Shown here piece after piece: positions 28,850 to 42,395 of a stretch of DNA of 64,000 bases. Source of the stretch: Octopus vulgaris. Its lineage: Eukaryota. The notes beneath the pieces are model-generated. The model had not been told where the DNA came from and made no database searches. It saw only the letters and a list, made by a program, of their open reading frames with translations. Position 1 is the stretch's first letter, and each line of letters begins with the position of its first letter. Where the stretch lies: NCBI GenBank assembly GCA_951406725.2, contig OX597824.1, positions 74,772,001 through 74,836,000 of the forward strand. The letters are read 5' to 3'. The translations under genes were made by a program, and so were the position numbers.

Positions 28850-29292
28850 TACTCTTTACTCTTTTACTCTTTTACTTGTTTCAGTAATTTGACTGTGGCC
28901 ATGCTGGAGCACCGCCTTTAGTCGAGCAAGTCGACCCCGGGACTTATTCTTTTGTAAGCCCAGTACTTATTCTACCGGTCTCTTTTGCCGAACCGCTAAG
29001 TAACGGGGACATAAACACACCTGCATCGGTTGTCAAGCAATGCTAGGGGGACAAACACAGGCACACAAACACACACACGCGCACACAAACACACACACAT
29101 ATATATATATACACATATATACATATATACGACGGGCTTCTTTCAGTTTCCGTCTACCAAATCCACTCACAAGGCTTTGGTTGGCCCGAGGCTATAGTAG
29201 AAGACATTTGCCCTAGGTGCCACGCAGTGGGACTGAACCCGGAACCATGTGGTTGGTAAGCAAGCTACTTACCACACAGCCACTCCTGCACC
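28850..29292 (-). mobile_element. SINE family A, full length
   Basis: Same family as 12860-13270. Confidence 0.93.
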
Positions 29293-29695
29293 ATCATACA
29301 TTTTTTTGAAATAGTTTGATTAACTTTATTTGGACTTTTCTTTCTTTTTTTCAATGATCACATAGTCTTGTAAGGTAGTAAAGCTTGGGTGTAAATTACA
29401 TAAAAGACGGTTTTTGCGCTATCAAGAAGGCTTTCAATAAATCTATGAATAGGCATTCACTATGGTATTAGGTGATAGGCTTAATTTGCTCTGCTTAAAA
29501 TGAGAAAGGGGTTTGTACATTATGTAATTACATTAAAAGTTAAATAACGAGAAGGTATTTCAAAAATTTGAAATGTCAGAACAAAAGGGTGAAATGTATC
29601 AATAGAAAAGTGTGAAACTATTATACAAAAGTTCGAAGCTCAACTACGCAGACCAACTCTGTAACTAGAACTATCGAACTAAGTGTGATAAACCT

Positions 29696-30301
29696 TGTAG
29701 CGTGGCTCGGTGATATCCTCACTGTTTCAGAGATATATTAGAAATGATCTCGTGTTAGCTAGCAATCATCTTTCGGCTGCTTAGGCTCAGTTGTGTCCGC
29801 TACTCTGATTGATTGGTTTTGGTGCAGTCTTATTTCGCGCCAGTGTGTAAACCAACCAATCACGGCCTTAGGATAAGGTGCCATGACACAGTCTTTTTGG
29901 AGCTTTCACTGGAGCCCACCTACTGTTATAAAAGGCGCCAGCAAATCACTATTTCTCGTCTTTGGTTCTAGTCCTTCTCAGGACTAACCTCTGACCACAG
30001 AGCAATGACCAGACCAGCCAGCCATGTTCCTGCCCCAGTCAGCGACTCAGACACACTTGTCGCATGCACACAGACACTCCACTCTGCCAGCACCCATACT
30101 TTATCCTATTGTACACTTCTGTAAATAAAATCTATATTTCTCTGAAGCAGTAGAACGGTTGTGTCGTCTTTCTTATTCATTCTGGCTCTTATTCATTATA
30201 CCATGTATTTGGGCTATATTCTTTTGTTAGGGACGACCGTGCGGCGTTTAAAAGAAGACATTTCTGTCACCAACTCCTTTATGTACGGCCGTTTCTCTAA
30301 A
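29696..30301 (+). mobile_element. Probable solo LTR
   Basis: Starts TGTAGCG and ends CTCTAAA (degenerate CGCTACA); flanks ACCT/ACTT; CCAATCA, TATAAAA and AATAAA occur in LTR order; higher GC than the flanks. Confidence 0.65.
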
Positions 30302-33300
30302 ACTTCATAATTGTACATTGTATTTTTAGTTTTATTAAAATACCTATTTTACTTAGCGGTGAGCTGGCAGAATCGTTAGCGTGCCAGACGAAAGCTTACC
30401 TGCATTTCCTCCGGGTTTTACGTTCTGAGTTCTAATTCTGTCGATCTTTTCGAGATCGGTGAAATAAGGACTGAGAGCGATATATCCCCATCCGCCCAAA
30501 ATTTCATCCTTGTACTCGTAGTAGAAAAGATTATGGTATTAGTTTTATCCCCATCATGTGAAACATCAAGCTCCCCCTTTTTTTTAATTTAAAAGCAGCC
30601 AGATAATGATAATTATCAATCAACAATTTAATTTGAAAACGAATTTATGAAATACCTTTAGATTATGAAGAAGAGATTGATAAGGTCTATAGTTGTCGAT
30701 AACATGGCCCTTTTAATGGCGCATAGGCATTATTTTAATGTTGTCTGTAAGCTAAAAGACAATATCTTATTTTGTAAAATGCTTAGAAACTGATACCACT
30801 TCGGATTTATTTATATTGCTTTGAGATTCTGGTTTGAGAAAAATAATATCAGGAATTTGATATCGATTGCAACCCATGTTGACATTTAAATAATCGGAAT
30901 GTATCAAGGATTCGAAGCAGAATGAATGAAAAAAAAAAGAGAGAGGCTTATATCCTAGAATCACGGCAATTCTTTGCAGGTTTTAAAATTAGCGATCGGT
31001 AGTCAATTTTAGCTACCAGTTTGCTAAACACTAAAAACCACTAAAAACAAGCATAATATAATAATTGCATTATCATTTTCGCAGCAAAAACTTAATTTTA
31101 AATTAATGAATCCTCATTGTAGAAAAGTAGGCGAATCCACCGTCTGTGAATATTGTTTGTGAATATTGAAGAACAGGTTGAAAGACCGAGAAAAACTAAT
31201 TTCTCAATTCACTTCGTTAAGTCTACAGTTGTCAATAACTAGGTATATAGACGCCATTCAACCTTGCAACTTTGTCAGAAGAAAATTACTTTTAACCACA
31301 TTTCGACATTCCATGTTTATGAATTGTAATTAGCTAGGCGCAGTCATTGCTGTGTGGTTAAGAAGTGCGCTTGGAAACCACATGGTTTCAATTTCAGTTC
31401 TACAGCACGGTACCTATAGCCTCTCACCGACCAATTCCTTGCGAGTGAATTTGGTTGACGGGACATGTGGAAAACTTGTCTTCTATCTATTTATCACTAC
31501 ATCTATATATCTGCCTATCTGTATATCTATGCATACATGTATATGTGTTTCTTTGTGTAAGCTTCCTTATCATCTCTGGACAACCGTTAACCAGCGTTGG
31601 TTTGTTTATATCACTGTAGCTTAGCTGTTCGGCAAAACAGGACAATAGGATAGATAGCAGGTTTAAAAATAAGTCCTGGAGTCGCTTTGTTCGACTTAAC
31701 TCCTCGAGGCGGTGTCCCATCATGACCGCAGTCCATTGGCTGATACAAGTAAAAGATAAAAGACACAAGAAAAGCGAACATTCAGAACTCCATTTTATGT
31801 TCAAGATACACAAAAATTAATTAAATAATTAAATTTAATGTCTAGAAAAATGTCAGCGAAGGCTTTGTCACTGGACTCGTAAAAAATAAAAGGAACAAAC
31901 TCGGAAGTTAAGAATCACCCACCAGAGAGCTATAAGGAAAATCAGAGATAGTCGTTTCAAATTTTAGCACAGGACCAGCAGTTTTTGAGGGGAGAGGAAA
32001 CGATTACATTGACACTAGTGACCCCGAAAGAATAAAAAGCAGAATCGACCTCGGGGTACTTTGAATTCAAAATGTAGACTGAAGAAATGTCGCTAAAGCG
32101 TTTTATCCAACTCACCACTTTAGAAATAATAATCCTTTCTACTATAGGCACAATGCCTGAAATTTGGGGGAGGGGATAGTCGATTACATTGACCCCCGAT
32201 ATTCGACTGGTACTTATTTAATCGACTCCGAAAGGATGAAAGGTAATGTCGACCTCGGCAGAATTTGAACTCAGAACGTAAAGACGGACGAAATGTCACT
32301 TAAGTGTTTTACCCAACTCACCGCTTTAAAAATAATAATAGGCCCTAAAAATATACCCCCACTTTCGTTCCTAAGAACTGAACACTGTACACATGACCGC
32401 CACTGAGACACTGTAGAAGGTTTTGAATGATGGTCCCCACCTCACTGCCAATCTCATTCCTTAAGTTCCTGTAACGTCATTACTGAAATAATACTCTCAA
32501 AACTATTTCAAAACTTTAATCAGTAATTCGAGATTAATTTAATTTTCATCGTTGTCTAAATAGATTTTCGTCACTTTTCAGTCAAATCTTTTCACACTTT
32601 CTCCCCAAGAATTTCATCTTCACCTCTACTCCAAACTGAGGTGATAAAAATATTCCCCGCTGAGAAACGTCTAATATCACCTCTCAACTGGAAAAGTTAT
32701 GAAGAATATATTATCGTATTGTTAAAAACGTAAACCATACAATGTATTAATGGTGTAGAGACAATTAGTTTGGCAAACGAGAATAGAATCAAGCGATATT
32801 TGATTAGAGGAATGTAGTCGAACGATATTTGATTTTAGGAAAGTAGTCGAACGATGTTTGGTTTGAGGAAAGTAGTCGAACGACCCTTCTCTCTCTCAGC
32901 CGCCGAAAAGTCTTACGTGGTCGTAGTATTAGGTAATAACAAAGACCTCAATGATACAAAGAAAGTATAGCATGCATTTATTGCCTTCTTACAACATAAC
33001 CAGATGTTACGATTGGTTTTCTTCTCGGAGAAAGCTATTATGAATCTTCTACTTGAAAACGCGAATCCAAATATATTGTGATCAATGAAAACATTAGACT
33101 CCAATTATATATATATGAATAGAGATTAAAATAGCCTCATTAGGGGATAAAATATCCAATGAATTACTGGTTCATTACCAATTATTTTTTGTGTGAATAG
33201 TAATATTCATAAAATAATAGGTTTAAGTATAAATCTTGGTTTATAAATATTCAAATTAAAATTCAGAAAATGTAGATGTAGCATTGATATAATTTATTAA

Positions 33301-33320
33301 CTGCAAAAATTCAATATATT

Positions 33321-33403
33321 CTCTTACAGCCGTTTCGATTTTGCCCAAAGAATTAAATTTCAGTAATTAAAAATATTATATTGGGTAAAATCTCATCGGA
33401 GGA
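33321..33403 (-). ncRNA. Type I hammerhead ribozyme motif (core mutated to CCGATGA)
   Basis: Minus strand: TCCT-CCGATGA-GATTTTACCCAA..TTGGGCAAAATC-GAA-ACGGCTGT-A-AGAG. Confidence 0.6.
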
Positions 33404-33547
33404 GTAGAAAAGACATACCGTTAGGTTATTAGATGATATGGCACCAAATCATCTAATCTATTGAGATGATTTGGTAGCATAACATGAGTGTGGCGAGATG
33501 ATTTGGTTGTATAACATCTATTGACCTGAGGGTAAAGTCTTTTCAAC

Positions 33548-33630
33548 TCCCCTGATGAGATTTTGCCCAATATAATGTTTTTAACTACTGGAATTTAATT
33601 CTTTGGGCAAAATCGAAACAGCTGTTAGAG
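33548..33630 (+). ncRNA. Type I hammerhead ribozyme motif (canonical core)
   Basis: CTGATGA (33552-33558), perfect 12-bp stem II GATTTTGCCCAA/TTGGGCAAAATC, GAAA (33615-33618), palindromic stem III ACAGCTGT, GUU cleavage triplet; stem I is weakened. Confidence 0.75.
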
Positions 33631-33689
33631 AATATGTTGAATTTTTGCAGTTAATAAATTATATTACTGCTACGTCTCCATTTTCTGAA

Positions 33690-33739
<50 letters not shown>

Positions 33740-34829
33740 CGTGTGTGTGTACATACAGAGAGAGAGAGAGAGACGCACACACATACACGCATAAAATATA
33801 TACATATTTTATTCGGTGGGTTTTCACAGTTTCCGACAACCAAATTCATTCACTCACTAGACACTGGTCAGCCCGGAACTATAGAAGAATGCACTGTCCT
33901 AAGGTGTTGCACAGTGGAACTGAACCCGAAAGTCCGTGGCTGGAAAGCAAGCAACTTAACCCCTGCCCCTTGTCTGCACCAAATCAATAATAATTCACAA
34001 ACAAGAAATGCCAAATCATGTTTAAATGTAATTTTCTTTTGAAAGAGTTGCTGGTTTAATGGCGTCTATACACCATTAAAAGGATCTTGTTACCGACTTG
34101 GCAAACTGAATCGAGAAATTAATTCTTCTCAGATTTTCAACTTGTTCTTCAGTATTCACAGACAATATTCACAGGTGGTGGATTCGCCTACTTTTCTAGA
34201 ATGAGGCTTCATCAATTCAAAATTAGCTTTTTTTTCCTGCTAAAATGATAATGTGATTATATTATGTGTGTGGTTTTAATCGTTTTAGCTACCAAACTGG
34301 TAGCTAAAATTGGCTTCAAGTTTAGCTACCGAACCGGTAACTAATTAAAATAAAATAAAAGAGAACTGCTTTGATTCTAGGATATAGGTCGTTTATTTTT
34401 CAAATCTGCCATGAATCCTTCATACCTCCCGACTATTCAAGTATCAACATAGGTTGCAATCGATATAAAATCTCTGATATTATTTTCATCAAACCAGGAC
34501 CTTAAAGCAATATAAATAAATCCGAAGTGGTATCAGTTTCTAGGTATTTTACAAATAAGATATTATCTTTCAACTTACAGACAACATTAAAATAACACAC
34601 ATACGCCATTAAAAGGGCCTTGTTATCAACAAGTATAGACTTTATTAATCTTTTCTATATTTAAAGAAACTTTTTAGTCTTTAATCAAACCTATTTTCCT
34701 ACAGCAAACAAGATACAATCATGTACTATACCTATTTAGTGATTCTATCATTATTACTTTCTGTATCCTCCGCTGAAGATGACATAACAAATGCGAAACC
34801 TTCTCAGTATTAGTTGCTGAAATATTTTC

Positions 34830-35720
34830 TTTCCATTATAGGCACAAGGCATGAAATTTGTGGGGGAAAAGCCTTGTTGATTACATCGACCTTTGTATTA
34901 AGCTGATAGTTATTTTATCAACCCCGAAGGATAAAAAATAAGATTGACCTCGGTGGAATTTGAATTCAGAACGTCAGGCCGTAAGAAATGCCGCTAAGGT
35001 TTCAAAGCTTTTGGTACAAGACCAACAATTTGGAGGAAGAAGTTAAGTCGAATATATTGACTCCAGTGCTCAACTGGTACCTATTTTATCAGCACCACTA
35101 GGATGAAAGGCAAAGTCAACCTCGGTGGAATTTGTACTCAGTTCTTAAAGAGGTCTTTACGGACGAAATGCTGCTAAGTATTTTTCCCCGCGTGCTAACA
35201 GTTTTGCCATCTCGCCACCTTCATTTGCCGAAATATTAATAAGTAATCCTTTCTACTATAGGCACAAGGGCTGAAATTTGGCTGGGCGGGGGACTAGTCG
35301 ATTACATCGACCCCAGTGTTTCACTGGTACTTAATTTGTCGACCTTGAAAGGATGAAAGGCAAAGACGACCTCGGCGGAATTTGAACTCAGAACGTAGCA
35401 GCAGACAAAATATCTATCTCTTTATTGCTCACAGGGGGCTAAACACAGAGGGGACAAACAAGGACAGACAAACGGATTAAGTCGATTACATCGACCCCAG
35501 TGCGTAACTGGTACTTAATTTATCGACCCCAAAAGGATGAAGGGCAAAGTCGACCTCTGCGGAATTTGAATTCAGAACGTAGCAGCAGACGAAATATCGC
35601 TAAGCACTTTGTCCGGCGTGCTAACGATTCTGCAAGCTCATCACTTTGAAATTTTAATAAATAATGATTACAAATTTCGGCGCAAGGCCAGCAATTTTGG
35701 TGGAAGTGGATAAGTCGATT
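34830..35720 (-). mobile_element. Tandem cluster of SINE family B copies
   Basis: Repeated GGATGAAAGGCAAAGTCGACCTCGGCGGAATTTGAACTCAGAACG blocks. Other family B copies lie near 13425-13580, 20120-20290, 25035-25165, 30355-30530, 31960-32330, 41290-42930, 52300-52420 and 54500-54910. Confidence 0.88.
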
Positions 35721-35865
35721 AAATCGGCCGAAATATTAATAAATATTATTATTAATTGTCTAATATGTTCCCACCTCCTATACCTCATAATTTTTCTACT
35801 TACTTTGTGTCTATTTCTTTCTAAAAGCTTACTGCATGAGCTATGTTAGCCCTAACGTAACTATA

Positions 35866-36259
35866 TCTCTCTCTATATAAAACTGAAGTTGTCTGTGTAT
35901 AGCAAGTTTGGTAGCCTTCAACTAACACTATCTCCTCCGAGACTCTGTGGCGCAAGTTGACCAAAATTGAGAGTATGATAGAAGAAGGCTTGCTCTTCCT
36001 TCCGTAGAAGAAAAACAATTCAAATCAGACCATGTTAACACCAAAAATTATTTACATCAAAAAGGTGTTTTTTTTCTATGAAAATCCCTATTTTTTACGA
36101 TTTTTTGACTGCTGTGTTGCCATTTTTCGGTGTATTTCAACCAGAAAAATGTTCACTTAAAGAGAATAACAAGCTACATAAAGCAAAATTTTTACTTTTG
36201 AAAAATTCTAATTCTAAAGGGTCGAAACAAACCCGAGCAACGCCAGGCGATACTGCTAG
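35866..36259 (+). mobile_element. Non-autonomous Helitron-like element (second subfamily)
   Basis: 5' TC(TC)TATATAAAA; 3' CCCGAGCAACGCCAGG hairpin plus CTAG|T. Confidence 0.82.
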
Positions 36260-36666
36260 TATGTTGATATTTGGTTGTTTACCTCCAATGTCAATGATGG
36301 TGGAACACACATATGATCAAAATCATTCTAGACATGACTATGTTTTTTGTTCTTGTTTTTAGACATATACCTCCACTTTTAAGACGATAAAGTGTGATTT
36401 TAGAAAGGTTTTGTTGCTATTTCTAACGGACAGACAGCTTTCTAAAGTGGCCATTTTATTCATTTGGGATCATACTTAGATTTGGTGTGACTGAGGAAGG
36501 TATTGGTCACCATTTCTATCATAAAGCATCTAATTCGGTTTGTAGTAGTAGCAGCAGTAGCAACAATAGTAGTAGTAGTAGTATTAGTAGAAGTAAGTTG
36601 TAGCAGTAGCAGTAGTGGTAGCGTAGTAATAGTAGAGGTAGTAGCAATAGTAGTAGTAATTGTAGT

Positions 36667-36719
<53 letters not shown>

Positions 36720-37265
36720 GTTTTCTTGTCGCTGTACTTTTTTTTTTTACTTGGGAACTGGGCTGGCAGTAATTGATTTGAATAATAATGGAGGAAAATC
36801 TAAACTTGAGAATTTCGCAAATTTTCCGAAACAAAATCAACCTAATTTCCATTATTCAACGTGTTTTTTTTTTTTCCTTTGAAGCATAGTAGAATGTCGT
36901 TTTGAGGCACATGTAGTTGCTATATCTAGCAAATCAAGGAATCGCATAAAGAGTTCTTTGGTTAACTCGTTTGTAAAGAGAAAATGGAGATCAGAAGATT
37001 TGGTATTCTTTTAGAAAAAAATTCATCTGCACGAAGTGCCATGCCATTACTATTGAGATAATCTACAATTAGAGCCTATTTTCACAGAATTCTTCATTTT
37101 ACAAGTGGAATTTAAGTAGCAGTTCCGTTGATTCACTTAGTCACTAAACCCCATAAATTAATTACTCACACACACACATATACACACACACAGATGTTCG
37201 TGTGTGAGTATACGTGAGTGCATGTTCGTATGTATGTGTGTGCACGTGTCTATGCATGTTGGTGA

Positions 37266-37367
<102 letters not shown>

Positions 37368-37425
37368 TTTTCTATGATCCAAATAGCAAGACAAAGAAAT
37401 GCTTTAGCACATCCTCAATGTGCAT

Positions 37426-37498
<73 letters not shown>

Positions 37499-37613
37499 CA
37501 CACATACATACACACACACACAGACACATCCGCTCACATACACACACACACAGACACACCTGCACACATACACATTTATATATTTAATTACAACGCTCAG
37601 GAATAGAAAAAGT

Positions 37614-37649
37614 CATTTACGTTTCGAGCCTACGCTCTTCTACAGAAAG
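37614..37649 (-). ncRNA. Minimal hammerhead-like motif in a Penelope-type repeat
   Basis: Minus strand: CTTT-CTGTAGAA-GAGC-GTAG-GCTC-GAAACGT-A-AATG; same family as 18670. Confidence 0.55.
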
Positions 37650-37703
37650 GGCCACAGAAAAAACATGGAGAGAAACAAGGAGAGAAAAAAATGTGTGTAG
37701 TGG

Positions 37704-37765
<62 letters not shown>

Positions 37766-38271
37766 GTCTGTCTGTCTGTCTGTCTGTCTTTCTGTCTGTC
37801 TGTCTGTCTGTCTGTCTGTATTCCTTAGAAAAAGCATGTCTCAATACATAAATTCAGTTTCTACTTCTATACGACCAAAGAACACATTATGAATATGAAA
37901 TAAAAATGGCGTTAAAGCGGGTGACGTGTTAACGCCACTACTTATTACTGATCGAATGGATAAATATCCACTTGTACTGTTTCATGCCACCGGATGTCTA
38001 CTCTTTCTCTGTGGCAAAGCTGCTTTCAACAGTAAAGTAAAAATATAGTTGTATTAGATTTTGGTATAAACTTCATTAGCTTTCCCAAATACGCTAAACT
38101 ATGTCGGTGACGACTGAACGAGGAAAATTGTAAGTAATTCATTCGACCTGCTAGAAATTGCAGCTAAATCTCCTCCAGATCAAACAATGCCGTGTCTGGA
38201 AGGTGTGAGACGGTTTCTGCTGCAACACTTTTGATCTTAGAACTGATCAATTGAAACTGAAGCAGACAAGT

Positions 38272-38311
<40 letters not shown>

Positions 38312-39557
38312 CTACCATTGCAAGAGCAGCAGCAGCAGTTGCAGCAGCAGCAGTAACAACAACAACAACAACAACAACAATGTTGTAAGTGAAATGACAG
38401 CTTCAAACAGGGATTGAAATTGCGCCTCGTTGGCAAGAACTTGTTTGTTACCTCTTGTCTTGCGGCATTGTGCCATTCACCACCGGTGTCTTTATTGAAA
38501 TGCATGTATGGAATAAAACATGTAAAGCGAAAAGCAGATTAAATGAATAAATGAAATGAAAGCGTTGTTGAACAGAAGATGAAGAAGAAGAACATCAAGA
38601 AGAATACGAATTTTATTACAGCCTATCGTTATAGAGCTATGCTTGTCTGACATAAACGTCTTTTCGGTCGTCCAGATATTACAAAAGCAGAGAGTAGCTT
38701 GCCTGACGTCATGGAATTTTCCATTCGATTATTCACCATTACCGTACACCAACAAGCCAGCCGGCCTGTCAGTCAGCCAGCCAACTAGCTCTGTTCTATT
38801 TAGACTGGCTGATATATTTATTAATAACTGCTGAGCTGCCTGGCAGCTGGCTTCCATGAATGATGGAAAAATAGCTATATATGATATAAGACCGCAGTTT
38901 CTTAAAAGAACGCTTGCTTTATTAGATGATGGCTTTCAGTATTAGATTAAATAAATAAATGGAAAAAAAAATCTTGTTTTATATGACTGATCAAATACAT
39001 TCATTGGAGTGAAAGGAACGGAAAGTTAATAACAAGGATTTATTACTTTGGCAGAAAGCCAATTTTGGTAAGGAAGGAAATGAATATGGTTCATTGAATT
39101 GAACCTAGTATATTACTGGTGCTCACTGCCTTGACCTTGATGGAAGATGTAAAGGGTAAAAGGCCGATGCTGATGCCATTTGACTCCAAAATATAGAGGA
39201 ATGAGGTTAAATGCTGAAAATTACATCGAAATTGGCTCTCTACTGCTTTGGCTAACTCACCCCGCTTAATAAAGTCAATGAGAATCGAGAACGTGAGGAA
39301 ATCGTTATGCATTACTTTGACCTGCAAGAAATAACAGACAATGCCATTTTCAGATTGCCTTTCCCTTTGAATAGAAAAAGAAACAAAAAAAAACATTTAA
39401 TAGTATATATTATGCTAGATAATTGGTTATCAACCTTTTGTGTAACACAACGCTCCCGTTCACCGAATCATTAAAGAACCTTCTCTTCGTAAAGCCTTGC
39501 CATCATATATATCATCCATATTATGGAATTCCAAACGACCAACACTTACCTCCTTTT

Positions 39558-39790
39558 AGGCGGCGAGCTGGCAGAAACGTTAGCACGTCGGGCGAAATGC
39601 TTAGCGGTATTTCGTCTGCCTTTACGTTCTGAGTTCAAATTCCGCCGAGGTCGACTTTGCCTTTCATCCTTTCAGGGTCGATAAATTAATTACCTGTTAC
39701 GCACTGGGGTCGATGTAATCGACTTAATACTTATGTCTGTCCTTGTTTGTCCCCTCTGTGTGTAGCCCCTTGTGGGCAGTAAAGAAATAA
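39558..39790 (+). mobile_element. SINE family B, full length
   Basis: GGCGGCGAGCTGGCAGAAACGTTAG head, GAGTTCAAATTCC B-box and central GTCGACTTTGCCTTTCATCCTTTC domain. Confidence 0.9.
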
Positions 39791-40541
39791 GATATTTGCA
39801 TGGAATAAATGCCTCTATGTTTAATTTTCCATGGAAATTTCTAAAGAGGGCGAAGACTAAAATAAACGAAATTGTATTAAAACTTAGCACCTCATCATGA
39901 TAACACAATGTCCACTTTAATTCTAACAAACAAAAAAAAAAGTATTGTAAAATATGATTATTGTCCCTGGTTAAAATACTTTATTTCTGAGAAAAAGTAT
40001 GACTCTTTCATAAAAACGTAGCGTCCCCGGGTCCCTCCTTCACACTATAGTGCTCCTTGAATGTTACCACCTCCTTGTTAGCTCTCAATGCTCTCAAGGA
40101 GATGCAACCGTCCAGGTTAAGATCCAGAGTATCTGGACGTGGATACACTAAAAAAAAAATGTTAAAAAATGAAGTGTTTATGAATGGAACTGGATTAGGG
40201 CTGACATGGAACTAAATAACAATTATTTCGACTAGGATTACTGGCAACACAACGAGTTAAATCTAGAATTGAATGCTCAATCTTTTTAAAATCTAACTCA
40301 TTAACATGCATAAAAGTATAGTGTATTCTAAAGGCTACTCGTCAGTATGCTTCAGCCACTGAACTGATCTGAGGCTAAACAGAGATCATTTGTTACACTA
40401 TGAATTAAAATGAGTTAAATTTATTTGCGGACTAATCTGAAATTGCACGCACATCGTTTTCTTAATCCAATTAATTAACATGTTGCATCCCAAGGCTACT
40501 CGTCAATATGCTACAGCTAATTAGCTTAAGAGACGCAATAG

Positions 40542-40578
<37 letters not shown>

Positions 40579-40580
<2 letters not shown>

Positions 40581-40740
40581 CGTAGGAGTGGCTGTGTGGT
40601 AAGTAGCTTGCTTACCAACCACATGATTCCGGGTTCAGTCCCACTGCGTGGCACATTGGGCGAGTGTCTTCTACTATAGTCTCGGGCCGACCAAAGCCTT
40701 GCGAGTCGATTTGTAGACGGAATCTGAAAGAAGCCTGTCG

Positions 40741-40785
<45 letters not shown>

Positions 40786-40990
40786 CTGTGTTTGTCCCCT
40801 CCCCCCAACATCGCTTGACAACTGATGCTGATGTGTTTACGTACCCGTAACTTAGCGGTTCGGCAAAAGAGACCGATAGAATAAGTACTAGGCTTACAAA
40901 GAATAAGCCCTGGGGTCGATTTGCTCGATTAAAGGCGGTGCTCCAGCATGGCCACAGTCGAATGACTGAAACAAGTAAAAGAGTAAAGAG
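40579..40990 (+). mobile_element. SINE family A, full length
   Basis: Same family as 12860-13270. Confidence 0.92.
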
Positions 40991-41424
40991 CATATATATT
41001 TATTGCTTTGCCTCTTCTGACACAAAGCTGTCAGAAATAGGCCCAAGCGATACATTCTCACACCTCCTCTACTTCCATGTCACCTCCCTAGCCTTTGTCC
41101 GCTTCCTTCACCACGTTCTTATTCTGTTCCTCTTCCTCCACCCTTTCTTACTTGTCCTACTCCACCTGTTTCTTCTCTTTCCACGACGAACTCATGAAAA
41201 ATGACAAAGGAAAACGTGAATATTTTTTCACATGCATGTAATGACATTAAATAAATTACGTTGTCATTATGCACAAAGTCAAGTCAGGCAGTGAACTAGC
41301 AGAATCGTTATTGCATCAGACAAAAAAACTTATCGGCAATTCGTCAGACTTTACGCTCTGAGTTCAAATTCCGCCGAAGTTAAATTTGCCTTCCGTCCAG
41401 TTGTGTATTTAAAAAACATAATAA

Positions 41425-41665
41425 ATGCGCCCATTTCAAGCCTAGCCAGACTTATGGGCCCCGTTTCTATGGCGTATGTGTTCCCCAGCTGGACGGGACG
41501 CCAGTCCATCGCGGCGCTACTCATTTTTGCCAGCTGAGTGAACTGGAGCAACGTGAAATGAAGTGTTTTGCTCAAGAACACAACGCGTCGCCCGGTCCAG
41601 GAATCGAAACCACAATCTTACGATCATGGTGCTGACACCCTAACCAATAAGCAACGCGCCTCCAC
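41425..41665 (-). mobile_element. tRNA-derived SINE (family C-related) nested in a family B SINE
   Basis: tRNA-like head and GATGGACTGGCGTCCCGTCCAG 3' domain. Confidence 0.8.
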
Positions 41666-42327
41666 TCAGTTGAGTATTGGTATCAGCATAATTGAGTAGC
41701 TTCTTCCCAAAATTTCAGGCCTTGAGCTTATAGTAGAAAGAATTGCAATACAGTGAGCTGGCAGAATAGTTAGCACTCTATCTAAAATACTTAGCGGCAT
41801 TTTTTCTGGTTTAATGTTCTGAGTTCAAATTCTGCTGTGGTCAATTTTGCCTTTCATCCCTTAGGGGTCGATAAAATAAAGTATCAGCTGAGCATTGGGG
41901 GCCAACATAATCAACTAATTTCCTCCTCCGAAGTTTCAGGCTTTGTACGTTTTGTAGAAATAATTACAACTCGGCGAGCTGACGGAATGGTCAGAACGTC
42001 GGTTAAAATACTTAGAGGCATTTCTTCTGCCGAGTTCAATTTCATCTTTCATCCATTTCGGGTCAGTAAAACAAAGTACCATTTGAGCGCAGGATATCGA
42101 TTACATCGACTAGCCCCACCCCTGGTTAAATAAGTTCAGTTACTTTAGTCTATAGGCACAGGCATGGCTGCGCGGTTAAGAAGCTCGCTTTACAAATATG
42201 TGGTTTCGGGTTCCGGCCACTGCACGGTACTTCGGGTAAGTGTCTTCTATTATAACCACCCCACCACCGGGTTCAACCTATGCTTGTGAGTAGACGGAAA
42301 CTGTAGAAGCACGTCGTACACACACAC

Positions 42328-42395
<68 letters not shown>

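Larger units (their letters stand above)
33255..33696. mobile_element. Inverted pair of Penelope-type terminal repeats (about 200-bp arms)
   Basis: 33255-33452 is the imperfect reverse complement of 33496-33696; each arm contains a hammerhead motif. Confidence 0.8.

Noticed and set aside
32794-32883. Three 29-bp repeats resembling a CRISPR array
   Set aside because: Head-to-tail with no spacers, no cas genes and eukaryotic context: a minisatellite.
38164-38505. Poly-Cys (metallothionein-like) ORF
   Set aside because: Antisense reading of a (CAA)n/(CAG)n microsatellite.
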